Assembly: GCA_036787835.1 (NCBI GenBank)
Contig: DAIQON010000004.1
Span: 3,204-67,203 of the forward strand
DNA: 64,000 nt
From: Candidatus Saccharimonadota bacterium
Lineage (GTDB): Bacteria > Patescibacteriota > Saccharimonadia > Saccharimonadales > UBA4665
Direction of reading: 5' to 3'
How positions within the stretch are numbered: position 1 is the first letter of the stretch; the number at the start of each line of letters is the position of its first letter. The position numbers and the translations under genes were made by a program. The notes beneath the pieces are model-generated. The model worked only from the letters and a program-made list of their open reading frames with translations, searched no databases and had not been told where the DNA came from. This document shows, in pieces, positions 47,917 to 57,637 of this stretch.

Positions 47917-49260
47917 ATGGCAAGAGGTAATTCGGTAGTATACGTTTGTAGTAACTGTGGCGGACAGACAAGCTCTTGGAGCGGTCGTTGTCCGCACTGT
48001 CAGGAATGGAACACTCTAGAGGAAAAGGTGACTTCTATTAGCTCTAAGACGGCCTCTTCTTCTAGGGCCCTCGCCTATGAGCCTATCAATCAGTCGATAA
48101 ACGATAAGCAGCAACGTCTCAAGACTAATATAGCCGACGTAGATAACGTCCTTGGTGGCGGCATCGTAAAAAGTAGTATCAACTTAATTGCTGGTCAGCC
48201 GGGAATAGGTAAAAGCACTATTTTAATGCAGATTGCCGCAGAAGTAGCTAAAACTAACAAAACTCTTTACGTTAGTGGTGAAGAGTCGTTAGAACAAATT
48301 GCTCTTAGAGCTAAACGGCTCGGGATTAAATCAAAAAGCCTAGAGCTGGCCTCGTCTAATTCAACAGACGATATTTTAAGCACCATTAGCTCTAAGACCT
48401 TTGATCTTATTATTATTGATTCGATTCAAACTATCTCTACTGCCGACATCGCGTCCGCACCTGGAAGTGTAGCTCAAATCACTAATTCAACTGCCTTAAT
48501 TTCTAGCGCGGCCAAACAAACCGATACAGCGATTATCCTAGTCGGGCACGTTACTAAAGAAGGTTACATTGCTGGACCTAAAATACTTGAACACTTGGTT
48601 GATGTAGTACTCCAACTTGAAGGAGATAAGTACGGTGGCTTTAAGATACTAAGAGCGACCAAGAACCGTTTTGGCTCGATGAATGACACCGGCATCTTCG
48701 AGATGACCGATACGGGCCTAATGGCCTTAGACAACCCTTCAGAAACACTACTAAGCGAACGACAGGTAGCTGACGGCTCGATAGTTCACGCCACTATAGA
48801 AGGTAATCGACCACTGCTTGTTGAAATCCAGGCCCTAGTTAACACTTCAAATTATGGCTACCCTAAACGTACTGCCAGCGGCTTTGACTTAAACCGCTTA
48901 AATCTACTGGTAGCGATGATGGAGAAACGAACTAAGCTAAAGCTCAGCGACAAAGACATTTATATAAATGTCGTCGGCGGCATCCAATTAAAAGAGCCGG
49001 CTAGCGATTTAGCAATTTGTATGGCGATTGCCTCAGCAACTACCGGACATAAACTTAAATCTGATCTAGTAGTGTTTGGAGAACTTGGGTTAAGTGGTGA
49101 AGTTAGACGAGTACCATTTGCTGCAAAAAGGTTAGCTGAAGCCAAAAAGCTTGGCTTTAAGGGCGCGATCGGACCAGAGGACAAGACAGTTAAAGAAGCA
49201 GGACTTAACTCAGTTAAGCAAATCCGCCAAGCACTAATAGACTACTTAGAGAAGAGTTAA
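47917..49260 (+). CDS. radA: DNA repair protein RadA
   Basis: 447 aa with N-terminal CxxC-x-CxxC zinc finger, Walker A GQPGIGKST, the KNRFG motif and a Lon-like C-terminal domain. Confidence 0.95.
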   Translation: MARGNSVVYVCSNCGGQTSSWSGRCPHCQEWNTLEEKVTSISSKTASSSRALAYEPINQSINDKQQRLKTNIADVDNVLGGGIVKSSINLIAGQPGIGKSTILMQIAAEVAKTNKTLYVSGEESLEQIALRAKRLGIKSKSLELASSNSTDDILSTISSKTFDLIIIDSIQTISTADIASAPGSVAQITNSTALISSAAKQTDTAIILVGHVTKEGYIAGPKILEHLVDVVLQLEGDKYGGFKILRATKNRFGSMNDTGIFEMTDTGLMALDNPSETLLSERQVADGSIVHATIEGNRPLLVEIQALVNTSNYGYPKRTASGFDLNRLNLLVAMMEKRTKLKLSDKDIYINVVGGIQLKEPASDLAICMAIASATTGHKLKSDLVVFGELGLSGEVRRVPFAAKRLAEAKKLGFKGAIGPEDKTVKEAGLNSVKQIRQALIDYLEKS

Positions 49261-52200
49261 GTTTCTAGCTTTTTTCTTAACTTTTCTCGGCGATTGAAAT
49301 CTGGTCTGTACACCAGTAGAATCTACAAGAATAATCGTTGTGTTCGGAGGCACTCCCATTGCAGTACAGCTATTATTTGAGGTAGTACAGTAAGGAGTTC
49401 CTCCTTGTGAGCTAACCGTATATCCAGGTACCCCCCCTGTCCACGTAAAGGTATCAAGACCAGTTGAGTCCTTCGTTATGCCAAATCCAGACAATGCTGC
49501 TGAATATGTAACATTCGCATTACCAGTACCGTCGTATAGAACACTGTCAACAACTGTAGCGCTAATAACGCCAGTACCGCTAGACGTAGGGTTATAAGTA
49601 AATGAATCATTAAAGTTCTGTCCTTGGTCACTTGGGATGGTTACAGTGTTTATGACATTGCCGTTTAACCTTACGACGATGGTACCTGCGGGGGAAGTAG
49701 TGTAAGTACCGCCCGAGAGTGGGTGCGTACCTGCAGTAGCCGCTACAGCAATGGTACAGGAGGTGTTACAGATACCGGTTTGTGCATTACCATTTCCTGT
49801 GTTTGTAGCAGTAACCGTAACTGTGGGCGAAGTATTGGTACAATTATGGATATTGTCTGATTGACCTGCGACTGTCTTGCTCGCTGCAGGTCCACCACCC
49901 AGTGCCGCCATATTACTAACAGCACTTGGGTAGAATATATCTACCGAGAAACTGCCATCGCTAGCTCCACCAAGTGATTGACGAGCAAGTGTCGGCGTAC
50001 AGGTTGTTGCCAAGTAGCCACTAACTTTGTCGGTGGTCTGAGTTGTTGTGCCGCTATTTTTCCCGACGTACCAGGATGGGAAGATTTCGGTAGTTGGACC
50101 TGGCTCAATAGAACCAACTCCAACATGAGTTCGCTGTACGTAAGCATTAACTAATTTTAGGTCTTTTGGAGCTGCCCAGTTTATTGGAGTAGTATGCAGC
50201 GAATCTAGTGCTTGCTCAATCCAAGTACGGGTCAATGGTTCAGTGATGTATTCCATGGCGCCAGAAGTTAGTGAGACACTGCCGGTGTGGTTGCCGACCC
50301 AACTAACTACTGCGTACTGCGTTGACCAGGCAGTCATAAGTCCATCATAGTTATTGTTCTGGGTACCAGTCTTAACAGCTATATCCCAGCCTTTATAGTT
50401 TTGGAACTTATATGAAGTTGGTAGGTAACTAGCTTTAGGATCACTCAATATATTATCAATAATGTAAGCTGCATCGGGCTTAATTGCCTGCGTTGGCTTT
50501 GGCTGGGTCCATTGGTAAAGAACCTTGTTTGCTGCATCAGTTACTTGTGAGATATAGGTGGTAGGAATCGATTGTCCCAGCCTTGCCAAAGACGAGTCGG
50601 CGTTTACTTGCTGGTCAATATGAGTATAGACGCCATCACCAATTCCAGCCGAGGCATAACACTGGCTAATATCTGATTTCGATGGGTTGAGAGTATTAGT
50701 ACCGGCGTTATAACAATTCATGCCACCCGGGGCGTTGGCTAAAGCATCGTAGGTTTTAGTAAATAAATTAATTGAAGCTGTGTGTCCGGCGGTGGTATCT
50801 GTTGGATCCTCAGATAGTACTGCTTTAATAGCAGGCACATTTCTAGAGCCGGCTAAAGCATATCTAAGAGTCTCAGGGCCAGGATATCTAAAGTCATAAT
50901 CATAAAGACAGTTACCACCACCGGAATTGGCTAGTGGCAAAGCTTTATTAGTACACGGATAGTAATCCGTCCCCCCGGCAATAATTGGTTGTTGAACATC
51001 ATACAGAACTGAGCCAGCACCGACATTAGTATTATTGTTAACCAGTGTCGAGTAGACAAAAGGCTTAACACTTGATCCAGGCAAGATATTAGTATCGCCA
51101 AAGTTTATCTCACCAAAGTTTGGATTATTAAAGTCCTCGCCACCGACCAGCGCGACTATCTTACCAGTTTTGACATCCTCGGCAGCCATCGCTTCGGCAT
51201 CACCACCGGCATTAGCAACATTTCGTGCGTTTTTAGCCACATCCTGATTAGCGTCGTCCTGAAGCTGGGTATTGAGAGTAGTTACGACCTTCAGCCCGCC
51301 CCGACTGACCAATGAAGATCCAAACTGGGTCTGGAGTTGCTGCTTAGCAGCCAAGACAAAGTATGGGTACTTAATATTGGTGTACTTATTAGTTTCTGGC
51401 TGTACTTGAGCTAGCACATCAACACTCTTAGCGGCATCAGCCTGGGCTTTAGTTATATAGCCCTGGGTAACCATTAAATCGAGTATGTAGTCTTGGCGAT
51501 CTATTAAGGCTGCTGCATCAAAAGTATCGCCAGCGGCTGGGTTAAATTTGGTTGAGCCGTAAGGAGAATAATAACTCGGCGCCTGCGGAATTGCCGCCAA
51601 CATCGACGCCTGGGCTAGGGTCAGATTTTGGGCAGATGTTCTAAAGTAATCCTCTGATGCACTCTGTACCCCATAATCTACACCCCCGTACGGTGCGATA
51701 TTTAGATAACCGGTTAAGATTTGGTCTTTTGAGTATTCACGCTCAACTTCCACCGCCAGAATAAGCTCTTTAACCTTACGGGTAATCGTACGGTCATCAG
51801 TCCAATTTTCATTTAACTTAACTAGCTGCTGCGTGATAGTAGAGCCTCCTTGTAGAGATCCACCACCGCCAAGCACGTCGTGACTTGCGGCTCGTGCAAT
51901 CGCCCTGACATCAAAAGCGCCTTCTTTATAGAAGTTCTTGTCTTCAATAGCGATCGTAGCATCCTTCATATAAGGACTAATCTGATTGCTCTGTACCGGT
52001 ACTCGCTTAATACCATTGTAGTCTTGGAATAATAGAACTGTACCGCTACTGTCATAGTAGGAAACACTACCACCTAAGTTATCCCCGGAAATATCTTTAA
52101 TCTGTGGTAAATCTTTTCTAAAGTAGGCAAACATACCGATAGTTAGGACAAATCCAAGAAGTATAAGAACGCCGACGACTTTAAGCCCCATAATAGCGCC

Positions 52201-52428
52201 CTGTCGACTAAACCAATAGTGATACATCCTTTTTGGATGCATACGGTAAAGAAGTCTATTTAGCCGACCTTTTGGCAAGGTGCTCAAATATAGAGCTTTT
52301 TCAGCAGCTTGTTCTGCCTTCTTAGTCTTCTTTCGATCACCTAGTGACCTATTTAGATTAATAGCCTTACCACTTTTTGTCGTGTAGGAATTTCGGCTAC
52401 GTCGGTTTCTACCAGTATTTTGGCTCAT
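49246..52428 (-). CDS. bifunctional class A penicillin-binding protein (PBP1A-type) with long C-terminal Thr/Gly/Ser/Asn-rich extension
   Basis: 1060 aa with basic cytoplasmic tail plus TM, GT51 motifs (EDKNFY, GGSTITQQLVK, RKVKE) and transpeptidase motifs (SSVK, SRN, KTGT). An extra ~300 aa follow. Confidence 0.93.
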   Translation of the reverse strand: MSQNTGRNRRSRNSYTTKSGKAINLNRSLGDRKKTKKAEQAAEKALYLSTLPKGRLNRLLYRMHPKRMYHYWFSRQGAIMGLKVVGVLILLGFVLTIGMFAYFRKDLPQIKDISGDNLGGSVSYYDSSGTVLLFQDYNGIKRVPVQSNQISPYMKDATIAIEDKNFYKEGAFDVRAIARAASHDVLGGGGSLQGGSTITQQLVKLNENWTDDRTITRKVKELILAVEVEREYSKDQILTGYLNIAPYGGVDYGVQSASEDYFRTSAQNLTLAQASMLAAIPQAPSYYSPYGSTKFNPAAGDTFDAAALIDRQDYILDLMVTQGYITKAQADAAKSVDVLAQVQPETNKYTNIKYPYFVLAAKQQLQTQFGSSLVSRGGLKVVTTLNTQLQDDANQDVAKNARNVANAGGDAEAMAAEDVKTGKIVALVGGEDFNNPNFGEINFGDTNILPGSSVKPFVYSTLVNNNTNVGAGSVLYDVQQPIIAGGTDYYPCTNKALPLANSGGGNCLYDYDFRYPGPETLRYALAGSRNVPAIKAVLSEDPTDTTAGHTASINLFTKTYDALANAPGGMNCYNAGTNTLNPSKSDISQCYASAGIGDGVYTHIDQQVNADSSLARLGQSIPTTYISQVTDAANKVLYQWTQPKPTQAIKPDAAYIIDNILSDPKASYLPTSYKFQNYKGWDIAVKTGTQNNNYDGLMTAWSTQYAVVSWVGNHTGSVSLTSGAMEYITEPLTRTWIEQALDSLHTTPINWAAPKDLKLVNAYVQRTHVGVGSIEPGPTTEIFPSWYVGKNSGTTTQTTDKVSGYLATTCTPTLARQSLGGASDGSFSVDIFYPSAVSNMAALGGGPAASKTVAGQSDNIHNCTNTSPTVTVTATNTGNGNAQTGICNTSCTIAVAATAGTHPLSGGTYTTSPAGTIVVRLNGNVINTVTIPSDQGQNFNDSFTYNPTSSGTGVISATVVDSVLYDGTGNANVTYSAALSGFGITKDSTGLDTFTWTGGVPGYTVSSQGGTPYCTTSNNSCTAMGVPPNTTIILVDSTGVQTRFQSPRKVKKKARNLTLL

Positions 52429-52586
52429 TGTTGAAAACTCTTATTCGGGCCCTCTGTAATTTATATAGACGAGATAGGCTTCATTATAACAAACTTTAGC
52501 GGCATAGTAGTTAAAATATTTAGTTAATTATTAAATAATCTCAGGCTGATTTCAGAGTTCATCCTAGCTCATTGCAAATAAGTTTG

Positions 52587-52592
52587 TATAAT
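52587..52592 (+). promoter_or_regulatory. -10 hexamer TATAAT ending 7 nt before the tyrS ATG
   Basis: Seen directly; no SD before ATG 52600. Confidence 0.35.
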
Positions 52593-52599
52593 CTTATGT

Positions 52600-53847
52600 A
52601 TGACATTATCTGAAGAACTTACGTGGCGTGGTTTTATTAATCAAACCAGCTATAAAGACATTACGGCTGTAGATAATGGTGTAGTTTCATTTTATTTTGG
52701 TGTAGATCCTAGCTCAGACTCGATGACAATCGGCAACCTAGCTTCAGCAATGATGGTAAGACAGTTTATCTCCCACGGACATAAAGCCTACCTTCTCGTA
52801 GGTGGGGCAACTGGTATGATTGGCGATCCCGATGGCAAGAGTGAAGAGCGTCAACTCCAGAGCTTAGAGCAAATAGATAATAATAAGAAAGCGATAGCCG
52901 CTCAGTACAACCAAGTCTTTTCCGGCCAGGATTTTACCTTAGTAGATAACTACGACTGGTTCAAGGATATGAATTATCTCGACTTTTTACGCGATATTGG
53001 TAAACACGTGCCGACGCGACAGATGCTTGGTCGAGACTTCATCCAGAGTCGATTGGGCGAAAACTCTAGCGGCATTAGCTATGCCGAGTTCAGCTACTCA
53101 TTAATCCAAGGCTATGACTTTCTCTACCTGCACCAAAATATGGGAGTCGATCTTCAGCTGTGTGGTGCAGATCAATGGGGCAACTCAGTAACTGGAGTTG
53201 ATTTAATTAGACGTATTACTGGTGACGAGGTTAATGTCTGGTCATCGCCCCTGATCGTAAACAAGGCTACGGGAGTTAAGTTTGGTAAGACAGAAGACGG
53301 AGCTATCTGGCTTGATCCCAACAAGACTTCACCGACAGCGTTTTATCAGTTCTGGGTTAACTGCGATGATCAAGGCCTCGAAGACTACCTAAAGGTCTAT
53401 ACGCTTTTAACTAAAGATGAAATCGATAGCCTGGTAAGTGAACACTCATCTAACCCTGGAGCAAGAACTGGGCAGAAGCGACTAGCCGAAGAAGTAACTA
53501 AACTGATACATGGCGATCAAAATGCCGAGCTTGCCAAACAGGTAACTGGCTACTTAACCCAGGAATACTCAATTGACCAGGCTGAACAAAACATTATTGA
53601 GGCCCTAAGACAAGAGATTCCCTCACTTAGAACTACCGCTGATGGTTCTATTCTCGATGCTCTAGTCGAAGCTGGGCTAGCTAGTTCTAAGGGTGAAGCC
53701 AGAAAGTTAATCGCTGGACGCGGTATATCAGCAAACGGCAAATTGGTAGAACGAGATAACTTTGAGCAAACAGATTTTAATCAAGGTCGGCTTATACTAC
53801 GGCGAGGCAAGGCCTTCAAGGACTCAGCCTTGGTTGAGCTTAGTTAA
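52600..53847 (+). CDS. tyrS: tyrosine--tRNA ligase
   Basis: 415 aa with GGATGMIGDP, KFGKT (KMSKS equivalent) and a C-terminal S4-like domain. The HIGH position reads TIGN. Confidence 0.92.
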   Translation: MTLSEELTWRGFINQTSYKDITAVDNGVVSFYFGVDPSSDSMTIGNLASAMMVRQFISHGHKAYLLVGGATGMIGDPDGKSEERQLQSLEQIDNNKKAIAAQYNQVFSGQDFTLVDNYDWFKDMNYLDFLRDIGKHVPTRQMLGRDFIQSRLGENSSGISYAEFSYSLIQGYDFLYLHQNMGVDLQLCGADQWGNSVTGVDLIRRITGDEVNVWSSPLIVNKATGVKFGKTEDGAIWLDPNKTSPTAFYQFWVNCDDQGLEDYLKVYTLLTKDEIDSLVSEHSSNPGARTGQKRLAEEVTKLIHGDQNAELAKQVTGYLTQEYSIDQAEQNIIEALRQEIPSLRTTADGSILDALVEAGLASSKGEARKLIAGRGISANGKLVERDNFEQTDFNQGRLILRRGKAFKDSALVELS

Positions 53848-53874
53848 CCTTTTAGAGTTTTAATAAGGCCCACT

Positions 53875-55908
53875 ATGAACTTATCTAGTCCGATCACAGA
53901 TATTAAGGGGGTGGGCGACAAGCTGGCGGTCTTATTTAATAGACTAAAAATAAGTTCTGTAGATGAACTGATTCATTACTACCCAAGGCGTTACGACGAT
54001 TATTCAATAATCACTAAAATAGCCGAATTAAAGCCCGGTCCCGCAACAGTTGAGGTTGAGCTGACAAACATAGGCGGTAAATACTTACGCCGAGGCATGC
54101 ACTTAACTGAGGCTATTGCCAGAGATGATTCTGGTAGCGTTCGCTTGGTCTGGTTTAATCAACCCTATCGGGCCACAAGTCTAAGATCTGGCACTAAGTA
54201 CTTTGTATCAGGCGTATACGAGCTTAAGTACCAAAGGTTCAGTATTAATAACCCATCAATCGAACTCAAGAAAGATTTTCCACTAAACACTGCCAGAATA
54301 GTGCCTAAATACCCCGAAACTAAAGGACTAACCTCAAACGAAATCAGAAAAACCCTTAACCAGGTGCTGCCGCAAATAGAAGACTATCAAGAAAGTCTGC
54401 CAGTTGAAATTGTTAAACAATACGACCTAATTCCGCTAGCCAAGGCGTTACTACTTATTCACTTCCCTAAAGATGCCGATGAACTTGAGGCGGCTAAACG
54501 TAGACTCGGCTTCGAAGAGGTCTTTAGTCTGGTTCTAGCCAGCCAATTAAATAAGCTTGAGTTAAAGACCGACAAATCTCAGAATATTCAGTTTGATCAA
54601 CAATTAGCCAAGCAGTTCGTAGACAAATTGAAATTTAAATTAACTGATGATCAACGCAGAGCAATTTGGCAAATATATCTAGACATGGACAGTGAACACC
54701 CAATGAATCGTTTAGTCGAAGGTGACGTTGGGTCTGGAAAAACGGTAGTCGCTGTTATGGGTGGTCTGATGGTCATTAACCAGGGCAGACAAGTTGCCTT
54801 AATGGCACCAACTGAACTGCTCGCACTTCAACATGCCACAACTATTCATCAAATGCTTAAGCCGCTAGGCCTAGATAAATCTGTCTGTCTGCTAATCGGT
54901 AGCCTTGGAGCTAAGCAGAAAAAACTAGCTGCGCAGTCAATTGCCTCAGGCAAAGCCAAATTCATAATCGGGACTCACGCCCTAATACAAGAACACCTAG
55001 ATATGGATAATCTGTCACTTGCGGTAATTGATGAACAACACCGTTTTGGCGTCAATCAAAGACAGGCACTTAACCTAAAGGCCAAATCAATGCCTCATGT
55101 ACTCAGTCTCAGCGCCACACCAATACCAAGAAGTTTAGCGCTGACTCTGTTTGGTGAATTAGATATTTCAAGACTTAAACAAAAACCTATTGGCAGAAAA
55201 CCAATAGAAACTAAGGTAATTAGCGAGTCTCAATACGACCGTCTTACTGATGAAATAACTAAACGTGTTGAGAACAAACAGCAGGTTTTTATTGTTTGCC
55301 CAGCGATTGAGCAAACTAGTACAACCAATAAGCACACAGCAGCAAAAACGTTTGAATTAGTAAAGAAGCGATATCCAAAATATAAGGTTGGCCTAGTTCA
55401 TGGCAAGCTGAGTAGTTTGGATAAAAATGCCTCTATGCAAGACTTTATAGACCATAAGATAGATATCTTGGTCGCCACAACAGTGATTGAAGTCGGTATC
55501 GACATACCGGCCGCTACAACTATGGTCATTCTGTCTTCAGATAACTTCGGTCTAGCGCAGCTTCATCAACTTAGAGGAAGAGTTGGCAGGGGAGACAAGC
55601 CTGGCATCTGCTATTTGGTTCACGACGACAATGTAACTGTCGGCCCAAGACTTAAGGCTTTAGAAACGAGTAACGATGGGTTCGAATTGGCAGAACTAGA
55701 CCTAAAACTACGTGGACCAGGGGCAATTTACGGGCATTCTCAGCACGGTGTTCTTGATCTAAGAATTGCCAGACTAACAGATACTAACTTAATTATTGAG
55801 GCCCGAAATGCTGCAAAATATTTTGTATCAAATGGACTAAATTTGGTACAATATGAGCAGTTGGCTAATAGAGTCAGTAAATTACAAAAACTAACAAATC
55901 TTAATTAA
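53875..55908 (+). CDS. recG: ATP-dependent DNA helicase RecG
   Basis: 677 aa with wedge/OB domain, GDVGSGKT, DEQHRFG and the TATPIPR-equivalent SATPIPRS. Confidence 0.95.
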   Translation: MNLSSPITDIKGVGDKLAVLFNRLKISSVDELIHYYPRRYDDYSIITKIAELKPGPATVEVELTNIGGKYLRRGMHLTEAIARDDSGSVRLVWFNQPYRATSLRSGTKYFVSGVYELKYQRFSINNPSIELKKDFPLNTARIVPKYPETKGLTSNEIRKTLNQVLPQIEDYQESLPVEIVKQYDLIPLAKALLLIHFPKDADELEAAKRRLGFEEVFSLVLASQLNKLELKTDKSQNIQFDQQLAKQFVDKLKFKLTDDQRRAIWQIYLDMDSEHPMNRLVEGDVGSGKTVVAVMGGLMVINQGRQVALMAPTELLALQHATTIHQMLKPLGLDKSVCLLIGSLGAKQKKLAAQSIASGKAKFIIGTHALIQEHLDMDNLSLAVIDEQHRFGVNQRQALNLKAKSMPHVLSLSATPIPRSLALTLFGELDISRLKQKPIGRKPIETKVISESQYDRLTDEITKRVENKQQVFIVCPAIEQTSTTNKHTAAKTFELVKKRYPKYKVGLVHGKLSSLDKNASMQDFIDHKIDILVATTVIEVGIDIPAATTMVILSSDNFGLAQLHQLRGRVGRGDKPGICYLVHDDNVTVGPRLKALETSNDGFELAELDLKLRGPGAIYGHSQHGVLDLRIARLTDTNLIIEARNAAKYFVSNGLNLVQYEQLANRVSKLQKLTNLN

Positions 55909-55954
55909 CAGTCCGTAGTAGAAGAATCATATATAACTCTTAAGGTTTTATTTT

Positions 55955-56764
55955 ATGTACGCAGGTACAACGTTTACTCGAATCTCCGGCAACATCATTG
56001 GTGCCCATCAAAAGATAGACCGGGTAGCACGCCGACATCTTGAAAAACTAATCCCCGACGTAAAGTTCCCGGAAATTAGTGATATTCTCCATTTTGAGGG
56101 CAGCAATGGTCCAGATGGTATTAAACGAAAGAGTCCTTCAAAGAATGAGCCATGGCACTTTATCCAACCTTTTGATATCGACGATACTCAGCTTATCGAC
56201 ACTATTTCAGATCACTATCATGCCCTAGTTAAGGCCATACGAGCAGCTAATCAGGTCAGGGCGTCGTTTGAAGCCGCTTGGCTAGCTCACGCTATGGTTG
56301 ACGGCCTAACGCCAGCTCACCACTATCCATACGAGGAAAAGCTGAGTGAACTTAGAAATGGTGAAAGTATGGACACTAGATCGACGATGAAAAAAAGACT
56401 GCTTATGAGCGGCGAAACAAAAACTCATGCAATTTTAAATAACTGGAAGATGTGGGGGCCTAAAGGGCTATTTTCAACCCATGCTTCATTTGAGTTCGGT
56501 GTAGCTACACTTATAGCTCCGTTGTCGTTTAAGGATATTGAGTCGCCTGATGCCCTAATTAAGGACCTTACCCACGAAAGTATCGCCGACTGGTATAGAA
56601 GCCTGGCGCAAAATGTAGCCAAACTAAATCTCTATGACGATTTTTATAAGACCGGCTGGACTGTAAAACTAAGCAATAAAGTGAAAAAGCAACTAGCCCC
56701 AACCCTTATAAATGCAGTTACTGCAGTATGGTATAGCGCCTATAAAGAAGCGATCGATAAATAA
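55955..56764 (+). CDS. zinc-dependent phospholipase C / S1-P1 nuclease superfamily-like protein
   Basis: 269 aa. LAHAMVDGLTPAHH matches the H-x3-D-x3-P-x-H metal-binding motif of the PLC/P1 nuclease fold. No signal peptide is seen, so the call is tentative. Confidence 0.45.
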   Translation: MYAGTTFTRISGNIIGAHQKIDRVARRHLEKLIPDVKFPEISDILHFEGSNGPDGIKRKSPSKNEPWHFIQPFDIDDTQLIDTISDHYHALVKAIRAANQVRASFEAAWLAHAMVDGLTPAHHYPYEEKLSELRNGESMDTRSTMKKRLLMSGETKTHAILNNWKMWGPKGLFSTHASFEFGVATLIAPLSFKDIESPDALIKDLTHESIADWYRSLAQNVAKLNLYDDFYKTGWTVKLSNKVKKQLAPTLINAVTAVWYSAYKEAIDK

Positions 56765-56821
56765 TCATTTTTATTTAAGCCAATCTTTTATTATCATATA
56801 TACTTAAACTACAGTTTTTAA

Positions 56822-56905
56822 GCGCGAGTGGTGGAATGGTAGACACGCATGCCTTAGGAGCATGTGCCGCAAGGCGTGGAGGTTCAAGTCCTCTCTCGCG
56901 CACCA
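56822..56905 (+). tRNA. tRNA-Leu (anticodon UAG), CCA encoded
   Basis: Hand-folded cloverleaf. Acceptor GCGCGAG/CTCGCGC, 3-bp D stem GTG/CAC, anticodon stem CATGC/GCATG with loop CTTAGGA, long variable arm GCC-GCAA-GGC, T arm GGAGG-TTCAAGT-CCTCT, discriminator A plus CCA. Confidence 0.93.
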
Positions 56906-56914
56906 AAACAAATT

Positions 56915-56943
56915 AAAAGACACTACTAATAGGTGTCTTTTTT
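56915..56943. terminator. bidirectional intrinsic terminator between tRNA-Leu and the convergent minus-strand ORF
   Basis: AAAAGACAC-tactaatag-GTGTCTTTT plus TT. The A-tract on the left provides a U-tract for the minus strand. Confidence 0.7.
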
Positions 56944-57637
56944 ATACTATAACTTCTAGCTTAACTAGGCCCCTGAAGGCATCTTGAACATCCTGTCTAC
57001 TAGTGAACTCTTCTGCGCGCATATCCATTCTTTCATTTATCTCATATACTTCTTCCATCGATAAGCCATCTTCACGATAGACATTATGCGCAAACACTCC
57101 AGTAGCTGTAACTCCTAAGGCAACAAAACCACCTACTGCCGTGCCGATTGTTGTCGGCCAGCCAGCCGCTTCGAATACGCCCGACCCGACTAAAGCGCCG
57201 GCATACATAGATGCGCCAAGCAAGAAGTCAGCTCCTGCCCCAATATTACTTCTTTTAAGGTCGATGACGTCTTGTGTCGGCCGGTAATATTCGCCGATTC
57301 TATGTGCGGTAGCTGCCAGCCCGTAGTTTATTACTGATGAGCGATCAGATGGGTCAAAATCCCAAGTAGTATTGTAGTCGGCCACACCTTTGTCGCCGTT
57401 GGTGTTTGTCTTAACGTTTACTGTATGCCTTCGATTATCATAATATACAGATGTTCCGAGCAAATGACCTCGACCGAATTTAACTCTAAGAGTCTCAATC
57501 GCCTCATCAGGTACTTTCGCCAACGCCAGTCCAGCTGCATAGCGTTCATGTTCTACGCAAAATGCGTTCAGCTTATCTTTCAATGCTTTTGATGGGACTG
57601 CTTCCGGTTTAGAGTCAGATACTTGTATATTACACAT
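56942..57637 (-). CDS. hypothetical membrane protein with glycine-zipper-like helical hairpin
   Basis: The ORF track extends to a GTG at 57706. The in-frame ATG at 57637 has AAGGAG (57643-57648) 5 nt upstream, so a 231-aa product is more likely. Central segment: GAGADFLLGASMYAGALVGSGVFEAAGWPTTIGTAVGGFVALGVTATGVFA. Confidence 0.55.
   Translation of the reverse strand: MCNIQVSDSKPEAVPSKALKDKLNAFCVEHERYAAGLALAKVPDEAIETLRVKFGRGHLLGTSVYYDNRRHTVNVKTNTNGDKGVADYNTTWDFDPSDRSSVINYGLAATAHRIGEYYRPTQDVIDLKRSNIGAGADFLLGASMYAGALVGSGVFEAAGWPTTIGTAVGGFVALGVTATGVFAHNVYREDGLSMEEVYEINERMDMRAEEFTSRQDVQDAFRGLVKLEVIV

Noticed and set aside
52429-52599. Possible T-box leader upstream of tyrS (likewise upstream of pheS 2673-2761 and hisS 59944-59994).
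   Set aside because: The spacers are only 51-171 bp. They lack a T-box sequence, a specifier-loop architecture and a terminator/antiterminator pair, and -10 elements sit right at the start codons.
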